Both the position numbers and the translations under genes were made by a program. A DNA stretch of 52,968 nucleotides, the filler included, from Basidioascus undulatus (lineage: Eukaryota), in the NCBI GenBank assembly GCA_000826855.1. It is 3 parts of 3 records of this genome, joined end to end, with 100 filler letters (N's around TTAATTAATTAA, not from the genome) between each part and the next. Parts side by side here need not be neighbours in the genome. Positions count along the whole stretch, not along the records: positions 1 to 17,595 come from JTLS01000523.1; positions 17,696 to 35,286 come from JTLS01000524.1; 1 more part is not named here. The stretch is one strand, 5' to 3'. Numbering within the stretch: the stretch's first letter is position 1; each line of letters begins with the position of its first letter. Under the pieces are notes generated by a model. It was given only the letters and a program-made list of their open reading frames with translations. It was not told the DNA's origin and made no database searches. Of the stretch, positions 13,112 to 27,885 are shown one piece after another.

Positions 13112-14487
13112 AGGAAGGGTCGGTAGATGGGTGGCTGCTGGCTTCTGACGCCACCGCGTTGCAGAATTGGAGGTATCGGATGCTTGCTTGATTCTGAGAA
13201 CGTGCTTTTGAAGCGTGCGTGTGGAAGTGGCAGGGTTATTCGCCGGCGTACGCAGGACCTCTTGGGCCTTCCGGTATGGCTCTCGTGACTATGTGTAAGC
13301 GGGAGAGTGAGTAGTAGGTTTGGGATGGTTGAAAAAAGGCTCTGATGCTCAGATCTCTTACGCTCGAAAATGCATTTGCGCAAGTTGCTGCAGTGTTCAA
13401 CACGTACTCGGTCCAACGGACATACAGCTCCATATCAGCTTTTCCAGCCTTTCCAGCAGAATCCATCAATGTTGTCAGAATAAAACATCACCTATTTCTT
13501 ATCGTAGTGGTTTGATCAAAGGGTGGGTAAACCATTCCACCCCTCTACGCAACAGTGCTCGTGGCTAAGGCTGAAGGAACATATCATCTTCAGCCGTCAG
13601 CCTTCCTCATGCCAATCGGGGGATTCTACAGGTCAAGGATATTTAACATCGTAAGTTTTGCTTTTCAAATTTACGATACAACCAGAGCAGATTAATGTTT
13701 GGCCATCATGGAAAAGCGGTGCAGGCCGTCAACTTGCTGTTTCGCATACTATAGTTGTGCCTTGGGCTGTGATGATTTAGTGGGGTACACACTGCATCTT
13801 CCACTGTTTATCGGAGAGCTCAACACCAAATCGGGATGGGTGACTGCAAGTTACCAGTCGACGGTAATGCGGACAGGCCGTGGTGTAGCGCTGGCTCCGT
13901 CTGAACTGTACACCTTCGCTACACCCCACTTGGCCTCTTTGAATTAGAAGGTCTATATCCTTAGAAAGGTCCATTACACCAACCCCGAAAGGTACTCGCA
14001 AAGCCAGGCGCAGTCCTACGGCTGCCTCGCCCTTGACCTGCCTCCACTTACGGTGTTGACTCGCACTGGGCGTTGAGGACCCGCTTGAGTCTTAGCCACG
14101 TGCTTTGGGGGAGGAAGAGCTGAGAAGGCAACATCACGTTTGACTTTCTAAGGATCTCAGGTGGGGCCTCGCCGGCCAACCTTGTATCTGCCAGTCCCAA
14201 GGCGGTTGTCCACCGAGGAGTAAAGGAAGGTCAGTTGATCCGGCACCGGGCAGCCCGTTTCTACAACTGCCGTCTACTACCGCCCATATCGTGTGCCGTT
14301 CAGAAGCCACAACATTCGATCGACCATCATATGGCACGTGAACAGCTACTCTCCAGCTAGTCTGTGCTTGCCCAGATTCGCCGTTCCTTGGCCTGGTCTT
14401 ATCTGTCGAAGTTGTGAAGCAGTCAAAAGACCGGCGCGTCGACTCCTTTACTCTCAACCACCTCCCACACATTCAGCTTCAGCCAAG

Positions 14488-17400
14488 ATGGAACCCACTT
14501 CAATTGTGTCAGCAACGCCTACGATGGACCCGACGGAGCGAAAGAGACTGGAGAGAAGGGTCCTTTTCAAGTTGGACGTGCACGTCCTGCCGGCTCTGGC
14601 ATTCCTCTGGCTGTGAGTGGCATGGTCAGCTAGTACTCGAATTGCTGCTTATATGGAAGTTATACATGCAAGGATGAACTTTATCGATCGTGAGCTGTAC
14701 CCCTTGCGGCAGGGCTTTCTGTGACGAGGCTGATCTGGTCAACTACAGGGAGCAACATGTGAGCGGGTTCCGTATTCGCTGAGGCCGTGATCTTGGGGTT
14801 GACAGATGGCCCTTCACAGCGGAAATGCTCGTATAGCTGGCTTGGAAAGAGACCTTGGGTTAAAGGGAAACCAATTCAAGTGCGTTCCATAATTCCAAGC
14901 TGCGAACCGTCATCCTGCAGGGTCATCTCAACGTACCTTACTACAGCATCGCACTCTCTGTGTTCTATATAACGTACGTTCAAGCCGGATCACAACCCCA
15001 CGTCCATGAATTGATAGTTTCAATTTCCCTTTCAGCTACATCATAGTCGAGATACCGTCAAACATGTTCGTGGCGTGCGCCTGCCCTTCCGCTGCATTCT
15101 GACGTCTCATGCTCATTAGGGTTCTTAAGCGCGTCGGCGCAAACATCTGGTTGCCGGCACTCGTTTGTGCATGGGGACTTGTTACGACTCTGTCGGGATT
15201 CGTTCAGAACTTCGCCGGTGAGCATGTACCATAATGAGAGCAATCAGCAATTTCTCACGAAGACTTCTTCAGGGCTGGTTGCGATTCGCATGGTGCTCGG
15301 CTTTTGCGAAGGCGGTCTCCTGGGAGGCATGGTGCTCTATCTTTCCACGCTATACCGGTACGTTAGCACATCGAGGATAACTCTTTGTTACGGTGCTGAT
15401 CTCAGATGTTTGCCAGGCGCCACGAGTTCCAGTTGCGAGTGGCGCTCTTTTACGCAAGTGCCAGCTTGTCGGGAGCTTTTGGCGGCTTGCTTGCGACAGG
15501 ACTGGAAAGTGTGTCATTTCACAATAAGATCTTTGTGGGTGGGAGGACTCGTCGCTGACCCATTCGTGGTGGCCAGAAATGAACGGGCTTGGAAACCTTG
15601 CAGGATGGCGTACGTAGTTTATCCCGTTTGGCCTCGCCGTGAGCAGTACTGATTGCGAGGGCGTACTTCAGGGTGGATCTTCATCATAGAGTTTGTCTCC
15701 TCTCAAGTTTTGCGAGACTTCCTGAAGTCTGAGCGGGCTGTTGCAGGGGAATTGCAACGATCGTCGTTGGCGTCGTCTCGGTGAGCTTCTCACTAGAACT
15801 AACGATTTTGCGGGTTCTGACACTCAGGGGTATTTGGAGGCTCTGGTTATGCCCGAGAACGTTCTCAAGGCTCGTTTTCTTAACGAAGAGGAGCGACACT
15901 TTGCCTGTAAGCATTTCAAATGAAAAGGATGGTGTTATGCCCGCCTGCTGATCGTCCAAGCGAGCAACAGATGACCGTCTGCGTGACGACATGCACGCTG
16001 CAGAAGGGTTGGTCCAGGGACTTACTTCTGCGAAAGAATACGAGAACGACAAGCAAGACATCACGCACGTAGAAGACTTCGAGTCCACTCGCCAGACTCC
16101 CATCGTGCCGCAGATGGACGAGAAGTTCGAGTGGCGGGAGTTGCGTCGGGGTTTGTGAGTATTCGATACATGTGCGGGGTAGAATTTGTGTACCGGTCTA
16201 ACAACCGTGAGTTGTGTAGGTCGGATGTCCAGGTCTGGCTGACTGGATGCGCGTACATGGCTATATGCGTTTCTCTCTATTCTTTTTCCCTCTTTCTGTA
16301 CGTTCTTCTCCATGATTCAAGGGAATTTGGGAACTGACCTTCCTCCCCCAGGCCTACGATTGTGGTCGGGCTTGGTTACGTGAGACCCTTGCGTTCCATC
16401 GTCGGTTTCCGCTCTGTAGGACTGACAGAATTTTCGCAGTCCGGCACCCGAGCACAGCTCTTAACGGTTCCGCCATACGTCCCGGCCACCGTATGCCCAT
16501 CCAATACTTTCTCACAGGCCCACGCTGATAATTCCTTGAAGGTCATTGTTATCCTCATCGCGTTTGCAGCGGACAAACTGCGCTGGCGCGGTCCTTTCAT
16601 GCTGATGTTCTTGCCCATATGCATTGCTGGTACGTGCCTTTGGGGTCTCCGCAATCCAATGAACATGCTAAATCAATGTCACTCTCCTTACAGGATACGT
16701 AAGGGCTCCATTACTCCGCAGTGTACCAGGGTTTGAAGCCGGAGCTCATGACGCTGTCACTGCAGGCTCTGATGCTCGCTGCCGACACTAACGAGCAGCG
16801 CTACGCTGGTGTTTGTAAGGAAAATTTAACACTAGAAGAAATGTACTGAGAAACTGAAATCTCTTCCCCTCAAGTTCTTATCGCACTGGGGCTGTACCCA
16901 TCGGTCCCGTCCCTCTTGTGTCCGTCGTTTTCAGCTGCCCCGTCCGATTAATGCGCTCCACGTAACTCACTCATTATCCTTACAGCTATTCTTCCTGTCA
17001 GTGACTATCCGCCTCTCTCGCACGCATACTTCCGTTCGACATTCCCAGTGCTAACTGATCAGGTGCAGAACAACCACGCTGGCCACTATAAACGTGCGAC
17101 CACTACCGCCTTCCAACTTATGCTAGCGAACCTCGCAGGCTTCATCGCGACGTTCATTTACCGCCCCGAAGACAAGCCCCTGTACCGCCCAGGAAAGCCT
17201 GCGCGACTCCACCCTTCACGTCCACTTCTAGGCATTAACCTTCTCCCACATAACCACAGGCCACGCAATTACTCTTGGATTCGTCTGTCTCGCCTGGGTC
17301 TTGATCGCCGCAAACGTCACCTACTGTTGGTGGGAAAACAAAGCGCGTCGTGAAGGCCGGCGCGAAGGCAACATCGCTGCGTATAACGAGCTCGTTCGGC

Positions 17401-17516
17401 AAGGCAAGACGAGCGCACCGATAGGTGATCGTAATCCGAGGTAATCTCAGTTGAGTCCAACCCGTCTGAACAAGCACTAACAGCATCCCAACTTAAGGTT
17501 CATGTACACGCTCTAA
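14488..17516 (+). CDS. MFS transporter, anion:cation symporter family (Dal5/Tna1-like); roughly 20 introns
   Basis: Spliced motifs ERRVLFKLDVHVLP, NFIDRSNIGNARIAGL, IVEIPSN, RMVLGFCEGGLLGG, AGWRWIFIIEG, AQLLTVPPY, NNHAGHYKRAT, YCWWENKAR, ending RFMYTL* at 17516. Confidence 0.93.
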
Positions 17517-17595
17517 AACTATCATGAATACCCTCCCTCCCTTCACCAAGGACATCTACACCCTCCCCTACCCTCTCCCTATTGTCACCTTCCTT

Positions 17596-17695
17596 NNNNN
17601 NNNNNNNNNNNNNNNNNNNNNNNNNNNNNNNNNNNNNNNTTAATTAATTAANNNNNNNNNNNNNNNNNNNNNNNNNNNNNNNNNNNNNNNNNNNN
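17596..17695. other. Assembly gap with artificial linker (44 N + TTAATTAATTAA + 44 N)
   Basis: Exactly 100 nt, with stop codons in all six frames; an identical structure occurs at 35287-35386. Confidence 0.97.
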
Positions 17696-17962
17696 CGGCC
17701 TTTCCGGTTCTCCCGAAGTTCGCGCTGATATATCTTCGTCCTTTTTGTGCTTTACTTCCTTGGCCTTCCCGCCCCCGCCGCCCGCCTTCTTCTTGGACGA
17801 GGAGGCCTTCCGCGGCTCGTCCTCCCGCGAATACTTCGCCTTCTTTGACTTGTCCCCGCCCACTTTGAACGTGATCTTAGTCGCCGACGGCGCGGGTGCC
17901 GCAGCCGAGGACGATGAAGAGCGCCCGTTCCCGAGGGACTTTTTGGGGCGAGACGAAGACAT
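17696..17962 (-). CDS. 5' part of a Lys/Ser-rich protein, truncated by the gap
   Basis: ORF MSSSRPKKSLGNGRSSSS...KKAKYSREDEPRKASSSKKK is open to the gap and has coding-like codon usage. It is divergent from the PheRS gene. Confidence 0.6.
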
Positions 17963-18361
17963 CGAGGAGTCGATAATGATGATCGAATGTCAGTATGATG
18001 AGAGGGTTAAGAAACCCGCGCTCGTGTGCGCTGGGTCGTGCTCGTCGTTCGAGATCAAGAGGCGGTGAATGGGCTGGTGGGAGCTTTGCTTCCGGTCCTC
18101 CGCGTATCCACCGCGGAATGTCCCAGGCCGGCCGGCGACGGAAACGCCCGGTCTTCTCGCTTGCTTCCTCCGCCCTTCTCCTCACACTCCTTGCTACATT
18201 TGCAGTACTGGCAACTGTGGTTCGAACACATCGATCGAATTTCTTCTTGTGAGGCTTCGGGAACCCGCTTTCTGTACGCTAGGTTCCAAATGTAACCAGC
18301 GAGATGCCTCGATTCGCTCACCGGCGTCTTCCTCTGTCGATGTTTCTTCAGATCTTCCATC

Positions 18362-20115
18362 ATGCTCGCTCGAAACTGCTCAAGAATAGCTCGGATACTC
18401 TCTCGAACTGCAGCTTCTCCTTCTTCGTTGCGGCTACAGCCTGTCCTGGCTTATGCCGCTCGCACACTGTCAACGTCCCGCACCGCCTTGGTCGATGCCA
18501 CAACAGCCGCGAAACCTGCGCCGGCACCTTCGAAAACCTGTGCATATCCTTCTCACACTTTGGGCGAATCCTCTCTTATGTTAAATTTTTACCAGACCTC
18601 CCACCCATCACCGTCGACGGCCAGACGTTCGTGCGCGACGCATGGACGAACACCCCTCCCTCGATCCTCTCTCTCCTCCCCCGGCGACTGCACATGAACC
18701 CCGCGCACCCCATCGGGATCCTCCGGCACCTCCTCGAGTCCTACCTCCCCACCTACACGCATCTCAGCGCCCCCTCGCCCATCGTCACCGTCAAGCAGAA
18801 CTTCGACGACCTCGGCTTCCCCGCCGACCACCCGGGCCGGTCCCGCGGCGACTCGTATTACCTCGACGCGCGCACGATGCTGCGCACGCACACATCCGCG
18901 CACGAGCCGGAGGTGTTTGCCCGCGGCGAGGACCGCTGGGTTCTCACTGCGGACGTGTACAGGCGGGACGAGATCGACGCGAGCCATTATCCCGCGTTTC
19001 ACCAGATGGAGGGCGCCCATGTTTGGGATAGGAGCACAATCAAGGACGTGCTTCCTGCGGAGATTGCGAGGCTGCGGGCGGAGCTCGACCAGGCGAAGCT
19101 CATCATCGAGGATGAAACGCTACCGAACTCGCCTACGAACCCGTACCAGGCACAGCATGATCCCGAGATGTGCGTTTTCCATCGAGCTTTCCTACATTCC
19201 TGCGAAAGTTAATGCTTGACGCGGATTCTTTTCTCGCAGTGCTGCTCTGGTCGCCGACCACCTCAAGGCCCCCCTCAGCGGGCTGGTCTACAGGCTCTTC
19301 AGCGGGCTGCAGCGGCCCGGCGACGAGCCGCTGCGGGTACGCTGGATCGAGGCGTACTTCCCGTGGACCGGTCCGTCCTTCGAGGTCGAAGTCATGTACC
19401 GGGGCGAGTGGCTGGAGCTTCTCGGCTGCGGTATGATGTCCCAAGACGCTCTGGACCGGTTCGGTTCGTCTTCTCATTTCTTCGTCTCCCTACCGCTCTC
19501 TCCCTGCTCCCACTCACTCCCTCCTGACCGTGTCTCCCGCGCTTAGGCGTCCCCCAGAAGACCGGCTGGGCGTTTGGCCTCGGCCTCGAGCGCATCGCGA
19601 TGGTACTCTTCAACATCCCGGACATCCGCCTCTTCTGGTCCGTCGACGAGCGCTTCGCGCGCCAGTTTGCGCCCGGGCGTGTCAGCACGTTCGAGCCGTA
19701 CAGCCGCTTCCCGCCGTGCTACAAGGACATCAGCTTCTGGCTCCCCGAGCAGTGGCATGAGAACGACTTTTTCGAGGTCGTCCGCGAGGTCGCGCGCGAC
19801 TCGGTCGAGGACGTCAAGCTCGTAAGTGGCGCACTATGCCCATCTTTAATCTCAACAGCCAGAAGGATGACTGATTGAAATGGAACATGGGAACAGATCG
19901 ATGACTTCACGCACCCCAAGACGGCCCGGAGAAGCGTGTGCTTCCGCGTCAATTACCGCTCGATGGACCGGTCTGTCCTCTTAGCTCTCGCGTCCCCGCA
20001 CTCATGGCTTACCACAATGCTTATCTGCAGCAACCTGACCAACGAGGAGGCGAACGAGCTGCACGCGAAGGTGACGGACAAGCTCGTGCGGACGCTCGGC
20101 ATCGAGCCGCGATGA
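18362..20115 (+). CDS. MSF1: Mitochondrial phenylalanyl-tRNA synthetase (monomeric, with C-terminal FDX anticodon-binding domain)
   Basis: Arg/Ser-rich presequence; [79 protein letters not shown] and [10 protein letters not shown]. Confidence 0.96.
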
Positions 20116-20938
20116 ACGCGCAGTATTGCTCTGTATCGCATTTTCATGGGGTTGACGATGTATCATCCACTGCTTCCTCCTGCCCCGACCCGCGTGCCGC
20201 CTTGTCCTCGCAGAAACCGCGAACTCGCTTGCCAAACATGTCATGCTTCCCCCTCCCCCTGCCCGCCATCACCAAGGCGCCTCATGCAGTCCGGGTGACC
20301 GAAGCGGCCGCTCGGCGGGGCAAGGCTTCGGCGTCGGTAGGCGTTGCGGGTAGCTCGAGGCGGTCGAAGACGAGGTTCCGGCTGGACCTTGGGCTTTCTG
20401 TGCGTGGGTGTGTGCGGGGCTGTCTGCGCTGACAGCCTCAGTACTCTCGGGCGTGACACGACAACGTAGGAACGGATGGGGTTACTTTTGGGGCACCATG
20501 CACTCAGTTTGTCCTGAGGCCTAAAAGCGCCTTCGAATCAACTCCAAGCTCTAGGTGTATCTCCCGTCCCGCGACGGGGGTGTGATAGGGACGTACGAGC
20601 ATGTGCGGGACTCTGACTTGATCACAGTCGTGATGAGGAAAAGGTCGTCAATAGAGGCCATGGCTGACTGCAGGCATGGTCGCTCGAGACAGAGTGAGTG
20701 GCAATGTGAGCGGTGGGCATGCGCCCAGAATCAAGTCCATCAGGCGGTGCAAGCAACCATGGCAACAGGTGGTCTGCCTGAAAGTCTATCCTCAACCGAT
20801 GACGACGAAACGCAGTTTACCTTCCCAATGCAAGGAAGCTCTCGTGCAGAAGAAAGTCAAACACGCAGCATTCCATGCAATAAATTCTAAATGCATGCAA
20901 CAGATTTATTGTACTAATGAAAGAAAGACAGTGCAGGT

Positions 20939-23616
20939 CTATGCGTGCTGCTCGACGTGCTCCTCCTCCACTGCGAATCGCTTCTCGCCCTTTGCGCCAG
21001 CAGGCAGAGCCGGTCCAGAGGACGTGGAGTCGCGCCGCGCCTTCTCGCCGATGTGGCTGGTCTGTTGGCGCCGGTACTCGCGCTCGGCGTCCCAGGAGAA
21101 AGGGCTGGAGGGCGAGAAAAGGACGTTGATCGACTCGAGAGGGCGGCGCGCAGTCTGCGAAAGCCATGGGGGGATTGTCAGATCCGAAGGGCTTGTGGTG
21201 GTAGATGAGAAAGACCCACCTCAGGGTAGAACACGTAGACAATCGGAATCCAGACGACATTGAGCGCGCCGAAGATGAAGAAGCCTTTGCTGCCGAGGGA
21301 GTCGAACATGACTGCAAGACATAGACTCGTTAGCAAGATCCTGTGAGTGAAAAAGCAGATTTAATCCTTACTCGGAACGAGGAGCGTGGCAGAGCCGACA
21401 CCCAATGCCCAGCCGGCGATACCGAAGCCGTTGCCCTGGACGCGCAGCTTGGTGGGGAAGACTGCAAGGGAGCCAAACGTTAGCATGGTTCTTTTTGGTG
21501 AAAACGGATGAGGATGGAAATATCTGGGAAGATGGTAGGAAAGGGCCAGTTGAGAGAAGAACTCCGCACTCACTTTCGGTAGGAACGATGAATGCAACGG
21601 AGCCCCACGTCATAGCGTAAGCGACGGTGAAGCTGTAAAGCCGGAAATTTCAGTCAGTAGTTGTTGAGAAAAACCCCATGCCGGTCGTCTTACATGAAAA
21701 GCATCGAGGCAGTGGCTGCCCCGTACTGCGACGCCTGGTCCGGGTTTTCGATAAGGCCAATGCCGAGGCCGCCGGCAATGAAGTTGACAGTGAGAAGAGC
21801 CGCAGAGCCGAACATGACGACGTTCTTGCGTCCAGCGACATCGACGTATTGCGCACAGAGCTAGAGAACGAAAGGCGTCAGCGGATGGGTGACATGTGGG
21901 GTTTGGCGCTGGAATGTGCTGCCTTACGATGGTGCCAAGAATGCCGACAGTGTTGGTCAGAGCCGAGAGCCAGCGCTGCTTGACGTCGGTGTATCCGGCA
22001 ACAGTGTAGAGAGTAGGAGAGTAGACAGTGATGCTGGATGAACGCGAAAGAGATCGGCGGTCACCGTATGCTGCCCACGAGATCACGGGGCTACTCACGC
22101 AACGACACCCGTCCACTGAGCCATAACCTGAAGCCAAACAGCCAGCCATGCACGACGACCAAGGTGGACCTCGTTCGTGAACCCGCCGAGGATCTGGAAG
22201 ACGTTGGGGGTGCCCTCTCGGACGGCAGCCGCCGCGTCGCAGATGTCGGCCCACTCCTCCTCAGTCTCGGGACCGGGTCCGCGACTGGCAGGATGTTTCC
22301 ATCGGTCAGAAGTTTCCTAGCCATTCAATATTAAGCCACTTACAGGTGGACCAGCACCTCATACGCCTCCTCGTGCCTGCCAACCTGCGCGAGCCAGCGC
22401 GGAGAGTCGGGCTAATCGATTTGGAAGAATGAGCATGCAGCGATCTTGGGTAGTTTGTTTGATTATAGAAACAACGTACGCAGATGTGCATGAAGCACGC
22501 GATGATCAGAGCAGGCACGCACTACGTGTCCGTAACGTCAGCCGCATGTTCGCGGAGGTTGATGTGAGGACTCATTGTCACCTGCAGGGCGAGCGGCAAG
22601 CGCCAGCGGAAAGAGCTCTCGCCATTCTCATGGAAGCTAGTACCAAAGCCGATCTGGAGACAGGCCGAATGAGACGTGAGCGACGACCGACACAAGACGT
22701 TGTCCAATCCCACTCACCCAGTAGCTGACAGCAATGCCGAGATAGTTGGCTGTACGCAGAGGAGGGTCAGACGCATTGAAGATGCTCCAAAGATCTCAAG
22801 GGCTTGCCGATGAAAACATAACAGATAGTACTATGCAGAAGCATTCGCGGGTCAGCTTTGCAGTATAGACAACAGGAACCCCTTCGAGACTTACGCGCCA
22901 CGGGAGTGCGCCTCCGCAGTCTCACCAACATATACGGGAACGACTGAAGTCAGGGTACCCGTTCCAAGACCGGTGATAACACGGGCGCACTGTCACCAAG
23001 TGGGGTAAGCTTCTACCTTTACAGGGAGCAGTGTCCTCGACGTACAAGCATCATATTCATATTTTGCGCACCCGCCTGCAGGGCGCCACCCAGGATGATC
23101 CACAGCGACGCAAAGATGCTGGAAAAGTCGGGTTCAGTAAGTCTCGCAGCCACCCGTAGCAACGTTGCTGATTGACTCACGTTCCCCTGATACGGCCAAT
23201 CTTGTCGGCCAGCATGCCACCAATGAAACAGCCAAACAACGCCCCGAAGTAGTATACCGCCACAATACCTGAGCAAAATAGAAGTCCACCGTCAGCTCAA
23301 GATATTGCATGTGTCTGGCGAGGCAAAGTACGCACCGCCCTCCTTCGTCCTGTCGCCCTCGATCCCAACCGTCCGAATGTAATCTGGCGACGGATTCACA
23401 CCACCCATCACACCTGGGAGAGCAGGGCCATGGCGTTAGGCTAATACGGCATAATACGCACGCAGAAAAAGCCGTACCTTGGTCATAACCCTCGAAGAAG
23501 ATTGCAGTGAGGGAGAATATTTGAATGAGGACATTCAGACTGCGTGGAGACAGCGTTTTCCACCAGCGGTGCTTGTTCTCTGTTGGCGGGAACATTGCGG
23601 GCGGCGTGCTTGACAT
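20939..23616 (-). CDS. Sugar porter family MFS transporter, multi-exon; candidate levoglucosan permease
   Basis: Spliced motifs FFEGYDQGVMGG, LADKIGRIRG, ARVITGLGTG...VPVYVGETAEAHSRG, FRWRLPLALQ, PDSPRWL, WLQVMAQWTGVVAITVYSP and VFPTKLRVQGNG. ATG at 23616, TAG at 20939-20941. Confidence 0.93.
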
Positions 23617-24709
23617 CGTGAGGGGGAGGTGTGGGTGAAGATTCTGGAGTACAGAACCACGAGGAGAAGAAATGTGGGGCTACGGACGGGGATCTCCGGG
23701 CAGATGTACCCCGGAGCGGAGTCGGGGCAGGGGAAACGGGGCCCGCTTAGCGCGGCCGACCTGCCCCACCAAGTGTCGTAGCAACATCGATCTTTCCTTA
23801 GGCCAAGGTCATGATGACGCTTGTAGACAAGGGCATCCGAAAGCTGGAAGATAATAAGCCATGCAAAACGCGTTGAGCTGATGACGACGAGGTGGAGGTG
23901 CAACAAAGTTTAAGCGCCTTGTCCGGTCCGGCTGTGGAAGGCAATGTCCTGCTCATAAACATACTAATAGCTCTGCCAGTCATGTATCGTAGAGTCAAGG
24001 ATGCCAACTACTGACGGTGACATCTGAGTATGTTGAATACGTTGCAAAAGGGAAAGCGTGGTGGCTGTAGTGGGGCGAGGACGCGAGTCAACTCGCGTCG
24101 CAGTGCCACCGTGAGAAAGTTCAGAGCACCCGGCACCCGTTTCATTGTTTACTCTGCTTCTGGGCCTGATCTCTCACAGAAGACAAATCTTTCATCATTT
24201 CACTCCACATTGGACCACTTCAGTAAGACGCGGGTCCCGGAAGTTACAGTTTGGAAGGTGCTGTCGCCTGCAGAGCCGGCACAGTCCGCTCAACTTCCTG
24301 ATCAAGGCAGCTCCTTGGCCGAGGGGACGGTTGACTTCGCCGCGGGCTGACGACGGAGCCGGATGTCTTCGGAGTGATCGTTGGAATACCTTGGAAACAC
24401 TCTGAGCTTGGCGAGACAGGCGAAGCAAGGTGAACGCACCAAGGCACACGGCCGTCTGTCTAGGGAGCCTGGCCCATCCGGCAACTCACCCGAAGCTCAT
24501 CTTTCTTCCTCCACTTAACGCCGGGATTGGCTTAGGCGGAGTCGGAACTCCGCGGAGTGGTGCCCCACATTTTCTCCCAAGGAGTCCCCTTTTCTTCCCC
24601 AGCTGCCCCGTTCTCTCCACTCTTGACCTTCGAAGTCGACGTCCACCTTCGTCTCTCGTCTACTCCCTCCTACCTTCGTCCTCCCGCCGTACAACACCTA
24701 CTATCCGCG
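23617..24709. promoter_or_regulatory. Putative bidirectional promoter between the sugar porter and levoglucosan kinase
   Basis: 1093 bp lie between the divergent ATGs. GCGGAGTCGG occurs at 23716 and 24536, a perfect palindrome ACTCCGCGGAGT at 24547-24558, and CGGAGT again at 24370. Confidence 0.6.
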
Positions 24710-26945
<2,236 letters not shown>

Positions 26946-27885
26946 GTGTCCACCCTATTTTATACCCCTTCGTGTTTCCGGGCTCCTGTGTTTGTACCGC
27001 ATCGCATCGCATTCATTTCTTTACTGTATACAAGGCGTGCCTGAGTAAGCGTTCAAGCGGGTTTTCCGGAGCACGAGTGCATGCATGGCTGCACATAACG
27101 CACAGTTGTGATGCGGGTTCCATCTCCATCGCTGAGCGTGAGTGTACCGTAGCGCGACAACCTTGCATAATCGAAGCCACAGTATCGAGCCTGACATTTT
27201 GAATGATTGTTGATGTTGCCAAAGAACCAAGTTCGGTATCATGCATGGCTATCAGCGGAAGGAATCCAGTTCCGGCAACGGAACGGCTGTGGATTAAGGG
27301 TTGTCTACGGGCGACTTCTATAGAACGGCGTGTGCTCAGAACAGTTGCTATAGAACTCCAAGGCCCTGATGCATTAAAAGTAATTAAAGCTGGGCATAAG
27401 AGTACTGGTGCCGAGGCCTGTGTGAAAGCGTGCTTCTGAAAGAGCGCTGCATGCCGAGATCTTCCGTGCCCTCGTCGCGACCATGTCATGAAACAGTCGC
27501 TGCGTTCCTCCTTCTCTCGATACTAATTACTCCATCGTAGTTATTTTTCCGTGCATTGTTCACTGGTGAAAAGTCTACCCAGACACGTTTCATGCGTCTT
27601 CAATCTCAGCGCCCAGCTCGGCTTCTTGGGATCCTTGGCGGCGCGTCTTGAGGACGCTTGGAACGATCGCCAGCGGGCTATGACCCCTCGCTGGCGAGCA
27701 CATGGCCTCAAATGGGGATCTCTTGCGCAGCGGACCGCCTCTTGACTTGCTTTCACTCCATCCACTGTCTTCCCATCGTCTCTTCTGTTCTGTCGGTTTC
27801 ATTGTCTCTCATCGCTCTCCTTCCTCCCTCACACCCACCCCTTCCACTGTCGACCGCGCTCTCGCCGCCTTCCAAACTACCCTCA

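Noticed and set aside
14488..17516. ACS permease as part of the levoglucosan module
   Set aside because: It is separated by an assembly gap and housekeeping genes, and the family transports anions and vitamins rather than sugars.
17596..17695. TTAATTAATTAA palindrome flanked by Ns (also 35287-35386)
   Set aside because: Identical 100-nt scaffolding linker, not biology. Adjacency across these gaps is unverified, so no clustering is inferred across them.
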